DNA from: a virus
Taxonomy: Duplodnaviria > Caudoviricetes
Reading direction: 5' to 3' (one strand)
Length of the DNA stretch: 38,126 nt
IMG/VR virus record: IMGVR_UViG_3300014160_000008
Coordinates: 1 to 38,126 of that record
The stretch's first letter is position 1; every line of letters begins with the position of its first letter. Both the position numbers and the translations under genes were made by a program. Shown here one piece after another: positions 8,695 to 17,505 of the stretch. The notes beneath the pieces are model-generated. The model was not told the origin of the DNA, did not search any database, and was given only the letters and a program-made list of their open reading frames with translations.

Positions 8695-8915
8695 CCCTCC
8701 GCGACGCCGAATTGCTGCCGGCCGCCGAAATCGCGGCGCATTGCGGCGTCGAGGTTCCCACTGTGCATCGTTGGGTGCGCGAGAAGAAAGTCCGCCGCGC
8801 CGGCGGCCTCGGCAAGGCGATGATCTACCGCCAGAGCGTGCTCGATTTTCTCGGCTCGCCGAACCCAACGCGGCAGCACGTCCTCCGCAAAGCGAAAAAA
8901 AAGGCGCCGCCGTGA
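8691..8915 (+). CDS. excisionase-like (HTH_17/MerR-type) DNA-binding protein, probable late regulator
   Basis: GAGGA RBS and ATGA overlap. LLPAAEIAAHCGVEVPTVHRWVREKKV...MIYRQSVLDFL. Sits where Mu has its Mor/C activators. Confidence 0.75.
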   Translation: MTLRDAELLPAAEIAAHCGVEVPTVHRWVREKKVRRAGGLGKAMIYRQSVLDFLGSPNPTRQHVLRKAKKKAPP

Positions 8916-9128
8916 AAAATTTTTTGATCTGATTCGCTGATATTGATGCTGATTTGATACCATTCGTGAACATCATGTAACGCGAGACGAATGTCAATTT
9001 ACTTGCAATTAGCGGTTTGCCCGGCGCAAAATATCTCAACTCGTTAGTCGATCTCTTGAAGGTTTTCAGTTCAACCAGGTCCGGGCCGGCTGGGCGGCCG
9101 GCCCGGGCCGCAGGAAACGGAGAGCAAA
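8916..9128 (+). promoter_or_regulatory. AT-rich late-operon control region
   Basis: AT-rich gap between early and late genes. Six TGAT repeats (8925-8958), TTGCAA-N18-CAAAAT (9003-9032) and a GC hairpin (9078-9109). Confidence 0.55.
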
Positions 9129-9377
9129 ATGACGCAAAGCACCGCGAAGGAAGCCGAGGCGGGACAGGCCGTGGCGAAATTGCTGGCGGCCTCGACCCCG
9201 GAAAAGCCGGTCTGGAAATCGAAGAAATTCTACGGCTCCCTGCTGACCGGCCTCGGCCTGCTGTGTTCGCATCTGCCGTTCCCCTGGGCCGCGCCGGTCG
9301 GCCAGGCGCTCTCCGCCGCCGCGGGCTTGTTCACGATGGGCCAGGGCATGGCCGATTGGGGCAAGAACGCGCAATGA
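9129..9377 (+). CDS. putative holin
   Basis: GGAGA RBS. KPVWKSKKFY followed by two hydrophobic segments. First gene of the late operon. Confidence 0.65.
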   Translation: MTQSTAKEAEAGQAVAKLLAASTPEKPVWKSKKFYGSLLTGLGLLCSHLPFPWAAPVGQALSAAAGLFTMGQGMADWGKNAQ

Positions 9378-9676
9378 CGCCGCGTCTCGCCGTTGCCCGT
9401 TTCGACCCGAAACGCCTGCCGTTCGCGCGCCCCGATCGCGTTGTCTTGGCGGTCGGCTTGGTGCTGATTGTCGTGCTGCTGATCGCGGCGCATTGCGTCG
9501 GCCGGCGGCCAGCGTTCGCGGCGGAACATGCAGGGGCGCCGCTTGCCGCGCCCGCGACCAACGAACCCGAAATGACCCCGATTCCCGAAGCCGACCTTTG
9601 GCCGAATACGTGGGTTCGCGCCGCCGCGCGTCTCGACGCCGAACGCGCCGCGCGCCGCGCGAGGCATCACCAATGA
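9374..9676 (+). CDS. single-pass membrane protein (lysis cluster)
   Basis: ATGA overlaps on both sides. TM segment VVLAVGLVLIVVLLIAA. Confidence 0.55.
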   Translation: MTPRLAVARFDPKRLPFARPDRVVLAVGLVLIVVLLIAAHCVGRRPAFAAEHAGAPLAAPATNEPEMTPIPEADLWPNTWVRAAARLDAERAARRARHHQ

Positions 9677-10095
9677 TCCCGACGAGCGATGTCATCCGCG
9701 CTTGGGGAAACCTCGGTCTGGCGAGCGCCTTGGCCCTCGCCGTGCTCGCGCTGGCCGGAGCGTTGATTTACGCGACGCTGAGCTTCGTCAAGCGTCAGGC
9801 AGCGGCACAGGCCGCACAAACGGCCATCCTGCGCGACTCGCAGAACGTCCAGGCCGATTTGTGGCGCAAGGCCATCGAGCAGTTCACCGCGGGCCAGAAG
9901 GCGATCGCCGACGGCCTGACGACGCAGACGGCCGCGATCAGTCACCTGGCGCAGTCCGTCGGCGCCGATCAATTGAACGACATTCGCGCCGGCGCGGCGG
10001 CGATGGCGCATGAAACGCAACGGCAGACCGAACGCCTCGCGGGCCTCGTCGATCGGCTCGCCGGCCGCGTGGAGGCCTTGGAGAAAAATGAATAA
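9673..10095 (+). CDS. N-terminal TM plus coiled-coil protein (holin-like or Mu gp25-like)
   Basis: TM segment GLASALALAVLALAGALIYATLSFV, then an Ala/Gln-rich coiled coil. Position just before the gp26-like gene. Confidence 0.6.
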   Translation: MIPTSDVIRAWGNLGLASALALAVLALAGALIYATLSFVKRQAAAQAAQTAILRDSQNVQADLWRKAIEQFTAGQKAIADGLTTQTAAISHLAQSVGADQLNDIRAGAAAMAHETQRQTERLAGLVDRLAGRVEALEKNE

Positions 10096-10594
10096 CGACG
10101 ATCTCCGCGACGTGATTTTGAAACTGATCGCCGACGCCTTCCCGCGCGAAGTGTGGCGCCGCGAGATCGATCGCGCGCTCGCCGGTCGCGCCGAAGATAA
10201 GGAAATCCTTGCGGGCTTGAATTATCTGCACGACGAAGGCGGCCCGGAGTTCGTGTCCTGGCGCAAGGCCGGCCACGAATGGGCCTATTCGCTCACGGCC
10301 GCCGGCTGCCGCGCGACGGTATGCTGCGATATGCAGACCGCGCTTGTCGCCGGCAACGTCATCGAGCTTCTCTTCGGCCAATATCCGCATCACGTTTCCG
10401 ACAAACGCCTGACCGGCGCCCTGCTCGCGAAGCTCGGCATGAGCGGCTTCGATCGCGAGCGCCTGGCGAAGGCGCTGCGCTATTTGGAGATTTCGAAATT
10501 CGTGCTCGTGGAGGACGAAGGCGTCAAACTCGCGCCGCTCGGCGTTGACCTGGTCGATGGGGCCCTGACCGACGAAGGCGTCACATTGCTTTGA
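10088..10594 (+). CDS. Mu gp26-like winged-helix protein (two tandem repeats)
   Basis: C-terminal LRYLE...KLAPLGVDLVDG...GV motif. Directly upstream of the DUF3486 gene. Confidence 0.65.
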   Translation: MNNDDLRDVILKLIADAFPREVWRREIDRALAGRAEDKEILAGLNYLHDEGGPEFVSWRKAGHEWAYSLTAAGCRATVCCDMQTALVAGNVIELLFGQYPHHVSDKRLTGALLAKLGMSGFDRERLAKALRYLEISKFVLVEDEGVKLAPLGVDLVDGALTDEGVTLL

Positions 10595-11349
10595 AAAAAG
10601 ACCGCCGCCAACCCCCGACCGAACTGCGCGCGCTCGCGACCGTCTCGCGGCGGTCGATGCGCCGCGATTCGACGATCGCACAATTTCCCGCGGAAATTTA
10701 CGCCGAGTTTTATCGGCGGTTCACCGAGGGCGAGGGATATCGGGAAATCTGCGTGGCGGTCAATCTCATTGTCGATGCCTACAACGGCGTCGATCCGCGG
10801 CCGGCGAAGCTCGTGCCGCACCTGACGGAATCGGCGATCAGCCGTTGGTGGAAAAACAAGGAAGGCCCGGCCGCGGCCGAGGCCGCCAAACGCACGGCGG
10901 AAATCAAACGGCTGCGCGACCAGATCGCGACCGCCAAGGACGGCGGCGACCCCTACGACCTCATCATGAATTGGGCGCAGATGACCATGCTCAAAAAGGG
11001 GCAGGGTCTGGAACGCGTCGAAACCGAAGATCTCGGCTGGCTGCTCGCCGAACTGAAAAAGCAGGAAATCAAGCGCGACGAAATGGACATCAAACGCCAG
11101 CGCCTCGAACTCGACACGCAGCGCCTCAAGCAAACAATCGCGCAATATCAGCAAAAACTCGCCGCCGACAACAATCTCGAACTGCCGCCGGCGTCCAAGG
11201 TTTTCGATTTCGTCGCCGGCAAGATTCTCGGCATTTTGGGCACGTGGGAAGAAGTGCAGCCGCTGCTCGACAAGCACGGCCGCGGCATCGCGAAACGGCT
11301 GGCGACGGAAGCCGAGCGCTTCGATTACGGCGAGGCGCTCAATGCTTAA
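10591..11349 (+). CDS. Mu gp27-like (DUF3486) putative terminase small subunit
   Basis: RRDSTIAQFPAEI...GEGYREI...LTESAISRW motif and a coiled coil. Precedes TerL. TTG start is uncertain. Confidence 0.7.
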   Translation: MKKDRRQPPTELRALATVSRRSMRRDSTIAQFPAEIYAEFYRRFTEGEGYREICVAVNLIVDAYNGVDPRPAKLVPHLTESAISRWWKNKEGPAAAEAAKRTAEIKRLRDQIATAKDGGDPYDLIMNWAQMTMLKKGQGLERVETEDLGWLLAELKKQEIKRDEMDIKRQRLELDTQRLKQTIAQYQQKLAADNNLELPPASKVFDFVAGKILGILGTWEEVQPLLDKHGRGIAKRLATEAERFDYGEALNA

Positions 11350-12964
11350 GCGCCAATTGCCGAAACAGGCCCGCATCAACGCCGCGATCTCGATGTTCCT
11401 GGCGCTGCTCGATTTCGCCGACCAAAAACAAGACCGCGTGCCGGGCATCGGCAAGATGCTCGAAACCTACGACACGGCGCACGCGATCGCGGATTGGGGC
11501 CGCAAGTATTGTCCGCATTTGCTGCGCAGCCAAAAGACCGGCAAAGAGACGCCATTCGCCACGATTCATTTCGTGCTTTTCGCCGCGCTGCTTTATGCGC
11601 AGCGCGTCCTCGTCGTGCTGCCCCGCGGCTTTGGCAAATCGATTATCTGCACCGTGATTTATCCGCTTTATTGCATCTGCCGGAAGAAAAAACGTTACAT
11701 CATGATCGGCTCGTATGTCGCGGCGAACGCGCAAAAAATGGTCTACACGTTGCGCGCCGAACTGGAACACAACCCGCAGATCAAGCGCGATTATGGCAAT
11801 CTGAAAACCGAATCCGACCGTTGGACGGACGAATATTTTATTACCACCGACGATGTTGTCGTCGAGGCGATCTATTACGGAAAAGGCGACGTGCGCGGCT
11901 CGCGTTATATCAACGTGCGGCCCGAGCTTGTCGTTTTGGACGATCTGCAAACCAAAGAGCAGGCCAAAAATCCGGAGCGCTGCCGCGACCTCGTGGCGTG
12001 GATTTATGACGAAATCGCCAAGCTCTATATCGACGTGCAAATCATCGTCGTCGGCACGATCGTCGAAGACGGCGATGCGATCTGCCAACTGATCGAAGAC
12101 GCCGAGTTGCTCCACGATGTGGACGGCATCATGGCCGGCCTGCATTCGTCCGAGCCGATCGCTGCGCGGCGCTTCCGCCTGGTCATGTGCGAGGCCTCGG
12201 ACGCCGAGGTTTCCTATTCGGCGTGGCCGGCAATGTTCCCCGTCGAAACGCTCGCGGCGATGCGGGCCGAAAACGAAGCGAGTTACGATCAGGAAATGCG
12301 GCATCTGCCGCGGTCGCGCCTGACGCGGGATTTCCACACTTTCCATTATTACGACCGCCGCGAACTCGACGGCCTGCCGCTGCAAATTTTCACCGGCTTC
12401 GACCTCATCCCGGGCATCACCAATCTGCGCGAGCGGCGCGGCAAAGACACCGACTATTACGCCCGCTGCGCCTTGGCCCGCACGGCGTTGCGGCCCCGCG
12501 ACCTCTATGTTTACAGCCTCTATCGCCTGCGCGAGGCGACGAAGGCGCAGATGGTCGCCGACGCGCTCGATAACTATAAAGAGCTTCGGGCGATCGATCC
12601 GACGGTGCGGATTCGCGGCGAGGCGAACACCTTTCAGGTTTGGTTCCTCGACGAACTGGCGGCAGCCGCGGCCGACGAGGGATTGTATCCGCCGATCGAC
12701 GCAATCAATTCCAAAGGCGACAAGATCGACCGCATCACGTCGATGGACACGGCCGTCAATACCGGCCGCATGAAGTTCCTGCGCGGCGACCCGATGCAGG
12801 AAATCCTCATCGCCGAGCTTCGCCATATCCGCAACGCCCGCGTGCATGACGATTGCGCCGACGCCTTGCAGGAAGCCTACGACCAGGCGCTCGCGAATCG
12901 CGCCGCGCCCGGCAGCGCCGAGGCCGCCGTCAACAAACGCCCGCGAAAAGCGATGGGGTTTTAA
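11342..12964 (+). CDS. terL: terminase large subunit
   Basis: Walker A VLPRGFGKS, Walker B RPELVVLDDLQ, coupling motif VVGT, nuclease motifs TGFD and HDDCADAL. Confidence 0.92.
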   Translation: MLKRQLPKQARINAAISMFLALLDFADQKQDRVPGIGKMLETYDTAHAIADWGRKYCPHLLRSQKTGKETPFATIHFVLFAALLYAQRVLVVLPRGFGKSIICTVIYPLYCICRKKKRYIMIGSYVAANAQKMVYTLRAELEHNPQIKRDYGNLKTESDRWTDEYFITTDDVVVEAIYYGKGDVRGSRYINVRPELVVLDDLQTKEQAKNPERCRDLVAWIYDEIAKLYIDVQIIVVGTIVEDGDAICQLIEDAELLHDVDGIMAGLHSSEPIAARRFRLVMCEASDAEVSYSAWPAMFPVETLAAMRAENEASYDQEMRHLPRSRLTRDFHTFHYYDRRELDGLPLQIFTGFDLIPGITNLRERRGKDTDYYARCALARTALRPRDLYVYSLYRLREATKAQMVADALDNYKELRAIDPTVRIRGEANTFQVWFLDELAAAAADEGLYPPIDAINSKGDKIDRITSMDTAVNTGRMKFLRGDPMQEILIAELRHIRNARVHDDCADALQEAYDQALANRAAPGSAEAAVNKRPRKAMGF

Positions 12965-15466
12965 GTGTCGCAGCTCGTCGACCAGTTCGGGCAGCCGATC
13001 AAACCGGCGCAACTGACCGCGCCGATGCGGCCGGACCAGACGCTGACGACGCAGCGCCGTTTGTGGCGGCAGGCGACGATCGAGCCGACGGAAGTTTTCA
13101 ACGCGGTCATGCGCGCGGAAATCGGCGAGACCGTTTATCTGCAAGACCTGTTGTTCCGCATTTCCTTCGATTCGCGCGTTACCTCCGACAGCGAAAAACG
13201 GGTCGGCAAGCTCGAGCTGGTCGATTTCGGCGTGAGCCCGTTCGAGACGCCGGCGGACCCGGCGAACGATCGCGAGCAGATGATCGCGGATTTCTGCGCC
13301 GAGGCGATCGATCGCATTCCGAATTTCGGCGGCGCCCGGGCGCACCTGGGCGGCGGGCGGCTCTATGGCTGGCGCGTTTGCGAAATGCGGTGGGACCATC
13401 GCACGAGCAAGGGCACGAAATGGCTGCTGCCCGTCGAGCTGCGCGAACGCCGCACGCGCGATTTCCGGCCGAACCCTGCCGATCATTCGCAGTTCCAACG
13501 CTGGGTCGGCCTCGGCTCGCAGATCGTCGAAAATCAAAAGCCGTTGAACCCGCAGACGTTCGGTTGGGCGCCGCTCGAACCGGCGCGGTATCTGGTCAAC
13601 TGGTTCACCAACGATGGGTCGGCCATGCTCGCCGGCCTTTATATCAAGCTGGTTTTCCCGGTGCTCGCGATCAATTGGACGCTGACGCAGTGGGGCGAAC
13701 TGCTCGAATTGTTCGGCAAGGGCTCGGCCGATGTCACCTATGACGCGGTGAAAGGCGGCGAGCAAAACACGGCCAATGCCATCGCCGAAGGCAGCGGCAC
13801 GCCGCTTTGGACCGCGATGAATTCGGCATATTCGATCAAGCGCGAAATCATGACCGGCCGCGCGACCCACGCCGACTTTCACGACCGTGCGAAAAAAGCC
13901 GTCAGCGAAGTGCTGCTCGGCTCGCAACTGACGACGGACCAGGGCACGGTCGGCAGCCAGGCGCTCGGCAACGTGCATGCGCAGGAACTCGACGATCTGC
14001 GGGCGCGCGACGCCAAGCACCTGGCCGAATGCTGCCTGACCGAGCAACTCGTCAAGGCGATCGTCATTATCAATTTCGGGCCGCAAGAGCGGTATCCCTA
14101 TGCCTGGCTGAATTATAAAAAACCGGCCGACCTCAAGCTCGAAATGGCGACCGATACCGGTCTGCATCAGATTGGCGTGCCCCTGTCGAAATCCGACACG
14201 TACCAGCGCTACAACCGGCAGCCGCCGAGCGGGCCGGACGACACGCTGGCGCCGGGCAATAATACCAATGCGGCTGCGGCTGCGGCTGCGGAAAACAATG
14301 GGGGCGCGGGCGGACAGACCTTTGTCGCCCGACCCGCGCCCCGCCGATTCTCCGCCGGCAACGACGGCGGCGGCGACGGCGACACGGCGGCGCCCGACGA
14401 AATTCTCGCCCTCGATGCGCGCCTGCAATCCGAGGCAATCGCGGCGATCGAGGACGCGCCGTCGCTGACCGCGGCCGAAGCGGCGCTACGCGACCTGATG
14501 GCGGCCGTCGAAATCTCTCACACCGGCCGCGTCGCCTACGAGCTTTACCGCGTGCAGGCGCTGGCGCATTTGGCCGGCATTTGGTCGGACATGCGCGACC
14601 ACGGCGAGACGCCGGCGAGGCCGCGCAGCGCGCTATGGCTGCCCCACCGCGCGCGCCTGGCGCGTCTCTGCAAGCTCGGCGATCTGCGGGCTGACGGCCT
14701 CGCCTCCGTAAGCGGACGCGCGTTTGCAACCGTCATCGACGAATGGGCCGACGTGCCGATGCAAGAGGCAATCGATTACTTCGAGCGCAAGGGCATCGTG
14801 TCGGCCGACGAATGGGCCGCGCTCGATGATGCCTACAAACATCGGGGCTTTTTTGCCGCGAAAATCGGTACGGGCGAAGAATTAAAGACCGCTTATGACG
14901 CCATTAACAACGCTTTAAAAACCGGGGCGGCGCGCGATAGCGTCGTGCGCGATCTGCGCGCGAAACTCGCCAATCCGCCCTCAACATCCTATTTGCGATT
15001 TTTGTTCGATGAAAACGTCGGCACGGCGCAGGCGTTCGGCCGCTATGCCCGGCAGGAAAAAACCAAGGCCGACCGTCCCTACGGCCGTTACGTGACGATG
15101 GGCGACGGCCGCGTGCGCGCGCGGCACGCCGCGGCGCATGGCGTCGTCAAGCATTTGGATCATCCCTGGTGGCAGCGCAACACGCCAAAAAACGGCTACC
15201 GCTGCCGCTGCGAGAGGAACACCTACACGGCCGCCGATCTGGCCGCGCATGGTTGGTCCGAAACGCCGGGCACGCCGCCGGACGTTTGCGATCCGGGCTT
15301 CATGCACACGATGAGCGCGGCGGCCGGCGCCGACGAACGCTTGAACGCGCTGGTCGCGCAGTCGCACGAAGACGGCCTGCTCAGCGGTTATGACGTTCCC
15401 GCGATTATCACATTCGGTTCGGACAAAGGCCGGCCGATCATCGTCGGACAAAGGAAGGCGCAATGA
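12965..15466 (+). CDS. portal protein (Mu gp29/DUF935) fused to Mu gpF (gp30) head morphogenesis domain
   Basis: Portal motifs LVDQFGQPI and VSEVLLGSQLTTDQGTVGSQALGNVH. gpF motifs QEAIDYFERKG, YVTMGDGRVRARH and WWQRNTPKNGYRCRC, all in one uninterrupted frame. Confidence 0.88.
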   Translation: MSQLVDQFGQPIKPAQLTAPMRPDQTLTTQRRLWRQATIEPTEVFNAVMRAEIGETVYLQDLLFRISFDSRVTSDSEKRVGKLELVDFGVSPFETPADPANDREQMIADFCAEAIDRIPNFGGARAHLGGGRLYGWRVCEMRWDHRTSKGTKWLLPVELRERRTRDFRPNPADHSQFQRWVGLGSQIVENQKPLNPQTFGWAPLEPARYLVNWFTNDGSAMLAGLYIKLVFPVLAINWTLTQWGELLELFGKGSADVTYDAVKGGEQNTANAIAEGSGTPLWTAMNSAYSIKREIMTGRATHADFHDRAKKAVSEVLLGSQLTTDQGTVGSQALGNVHAQELDDLRARDAKHLAECCLTEQLVKAIVIINFGPQERYPYAWLNYKKPADLKLEMATDTGLHQIGVPLSKSDTYQRYNRQPPSGPDDTLAPGNNTNAAAAAAAENNGGAGGQTFVARPAPRRFSAGNDGGGDGDTAAPDEILALDARLQSEAIAAIEDAPSLTAAEAALRDLMAAVEISHTGRVAYELYRVQALAHLAGIWSDMRDHGETPARPRSALWLPHRARLARLCKLGDLRADGLASVSGRAFATVIDEWADVPMQEAIDYFERKGIVSADEWAALDDAYKHRGFFAAKIGTGEELKTAYDAINNALKTGAARDSVVRDLRAKLANPPSTSYLRFLFDENVGTAQAFGRYARQEKTKADRPYGRYVTMGDGRVRARHAAAHGVVKHLDHPWWQRNTPKNGYRCRCERNTYTAADLAAHGWSETPGTPPDVCDPGFMHTMSAAAGADERLNALVAQSHEDGLLSGYDVPAIITFGSDKGRPIIVGQRKAQ

Positions 15467-16638
15467 GCAAGCGGTATTTCGTCGATTGCCAAAATGAAAA
15501 AGGCGAACGCCGCCGGTTCTTTTATTTCGGCCAGCCGCTGGCCGAATCCAACTCGGCGCCCAACGAAATGCCGGTTATCGCCGAGGGTCAATATTACGAT
15601 TATTGGGACGAATCGGTTCCCACGATCGTCATCGATCAGCAATGGTTCGATGCGGTGCTCGAATGCCATGCCTACGACGCCGAGCACGGCGTCTTCGTGG
15701 CGATCGATAAGAATCATCAGCTTGCTTATGGCGACCGCGACGCCGAGGCGCTCGGTTTCGCCACGCTCGAACTGCGCGGCCAGGCCCCGGAGCGCGTGCT
15801 CTGGGTCGTGATGAAGAAATGGACGGACGACGGCGCGGCGACGGCGGCTCGCGGCGGCCTTCCCTACACCTCGGCCGCGCCGATGGATACGCCGCATCCG
15901 GCGCTCGGCGTCCAACCGTGGATGCCCACCGTCGCCATCTGCGGCAGCCCCTACATGCGTAACGTCGGCCCCTACGTCGCGATGACCGCGGGCGGAAAGG
16001 GCCGCAAACGACAGGAGGACGAGATGAAGAGATTGTTTGCGGTCCTCAAGCTGGGCGACAACGCCACCGAGGACCAGGTGCTCGAACGGATCGCGCCGCT
16101 CAACGTGCGCGCGCAAGCGTTCACGGCGATGGCGACCGGCGCGGGCCTGACGGAAGCGGCGACGGGCGAACAAGTCGTCGCGGCGATCGCCGCCGGCGCG
16201 GTGCGGCCGTTCGCGCTCGCCGTGGACCTCGCGGCCGACGCCAAGGCCGACGAAGTGCTCGCGAAGGTCAAGGCGTTCGGGCTCGCGGCGAAGGCGGCCG
16301 GCGAGCAGGCGACGAACGTCGCCAATCTCCAGGTGCGGCTCGACGAGCAAGACGCGAAGGCGCTGAAAAAGTCGGCCGAGCAGTATCTCGCCGGCGAGCC
16401 GCTCAAGGCGTTTTGCCTCGACGTGGACAAAGACCTCGCGGGCGCGAAGAAAACGTTCGCCATGCTGTCGAATATTCTGCCGAAGCTGCCGCTCGGCGCG
16501 GCGGCCGACGGCGGCTCCGCTCCCGCCGGGGCGCAAACGTTCACGGCCGACGAAATCGCGCTGTGCATGCAAATTCACGGCTTCACGGCGGCGAAGGCTC
16601 AGGAATTCCTCAGCAAACACGCCCCGAAAACGGCGTAG
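15463..16638 (+). CDS. Mu gpI-like head maturation protease with C-terminal scaffold
   Basis: AIDKNHQ and KWTDDGA...YTSA protease-like motifs, then an Ala-rich region (LKLGDNATEDQVL). Position after the portal. Confidence 0.75.
   Translation: MSKRYFVDCQNEKGERRRFFYFGQPLAESNSAPNEMPVIAEGQYYDYWDESVPTIVIDQQWFDAVLECHAYDAEHGVFVAIDKNHQLAYGDRDAEALGFATLELRGQAPERVLWVVMKKWTDDGAATAARGGLPYTSAAPMDTPHPALGVQPWMPTVAICGSPYMRNVGPYVAMTAGGKGRKRQEDEMKRLFAVLKLGDNATEDQVLERIAPLNVRAQAFTAMATGAGLTEAATGEQVVAAIAAGAVRPFALAVDLAADAKADEVLAKVKAFGLAAKAAGEQATNVANLQVRLDEQDAKALKKSAEQYLAGEPLKAFCLDVDKDLAGAKKTFAMLSNILPKLPLGAAADGGSAPAGAQTFTADEIALCMQIHGFTAAKAQEFLSKHAPKTA
16024..16638 (+). CDS. nested in-frame scaffolding protein (Mu gpZ analogue)
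   Basis: AGGAGG at 16013-16018 ahead of an in-frame ATG at 16024, at the protease/scaffold boundary. Confidence 0.6.
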   Translation: MKRLFAVLKLGDNATEDQVLERIAPLNVRAQAFTAMATGAGLTEAATGEQVVAAIAAGAVRPFALAVDLAADAKADEVLAKVKAFGLAAKAAGEQATNVANLQVRLDEQDAKALKKSAEQYLAGEPLKAFCLDVDKDLAGAKKTFAMLSNILPKLPLGAAADGGSAPAGAQTFTADEIALCMQIHGFTAAKAQEFLSKHAPKTA

Positions 16639-16653
16639 GAAGGACGGCGCAAC

Positions 16654-17487
16654 ATGCAGATCCAAAACATCGGCCGCCCGGCCAAGCTGTACGACGTGCA
16701 ATACATCAGCGGCATTCCCGTGGCCGCCGGCGAGCACATCTTCGAGAACTCGGGCGTCGATATCCGCGGCGGCTATGCCTATGCCGCGACGGGCAATCCG
16801 ACCGGGCTGCAATGGTCCGGCCTCGTCGCCGACGCCGAGGTCGATAACACGGGCGGCGCGAACGGCGCGGCGACCATCACCCTGAAGGCGTTCGGCATTT
16901 TCCTGTGGACGAACTCGACGGCCAATCCGCTGGTCGCGGCCAACCTCGGCCAGAAGGTGCGGTTCGAAGACAACGACACGATGACGCTGGCCGGCAACGG
17001 CGGCGTCGCCGGCATTTTCGTCGGCTTCGGCGGCCCCGCCAACACCCTGGTATGGGTCAAGATGACGAGCGAACCGATCATCGCCCGCGGCCAGATCGCG
17101 GCCGACGTTTTCGGCGCGGGCCTGGCGCTCGATGCCAACGCGCGCATCACCACGTCGGCGTTGGCCACGCCGGCGACGCGCTTCGCCGATCCGCAAACGG
17201 TCGGCGCCGGCGCGATCGCGCTCGCGGCCGGCTGCGATTTCTTCCCGTTGCAAGCCGCCGCGCCGGCGAATCTCGCCGACGCGAATGTCCCGGCCGTCGT
17301 GCCCGGCCGCGAGATCACGCTGTTCGGCACGGACAATGTCAACACCATCACCATTCCCGCCACGCTCGCCGCGGTGAAGCTCGCCGGCGGCGCGTCGGCC
17401 ACGCTCGGCGAGGGCTCGAATCTGACGCTGGTCGGCATCAATGCCGGCGGCTCGACCTGGTGGCAGGAGAAAGGCCGCGCGCTCTAG
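16654..17487 (+). CDS. putative head decoration/cement protein with C-terminal extension
   Basis: Between scaffold and capsid genes. GLVADAEVDNTGGANGA...VRFEDNDTM...VWV pattern; Gly/Ala-rich beta character. Confidence 0.6.
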   Translation: MQIQNIGRPAKLYDVQYISGIPVAAGEHIFENSGVDIRGGYAYAATGNPTGLQWSGLVADAEVDNTGGANGAATITLKAFGIFLWTNSTANPLVAANLGQKVRFEDNDTMTLAGNGGVAGIFVGFGGPANTLVWVKMTSEPIIARGQIAADVFGAGLALDANARITTSALATPATRFADPQTVGAGAIALAAGCDFFPLQAAAPANLADANVPAVVPGREITLFGTDNVNTITIPATLAAVKLAGGASATLGEGSNLTLVGINAGGSTWWQEKGRAL

Positions 17488-17505
17488 CGCGGAAAGGAGA
17501 CGCTC

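Noticed and set aside
9374-10095. Rz/Rz1 spanin pair
   Set aside because: TM proteins are present, but no convincing lipobox-bearing o-spanin was found nested or adjacent.
11339-14428. 1029-aa minus-strand ORF and other long antisense ORFs (15388-17253, 21010-23016, 4810-6210)
   Set aside because: Shadow ORFs of GC-rich + strand genes that have clear phage motifs. They show no recognisable domains.
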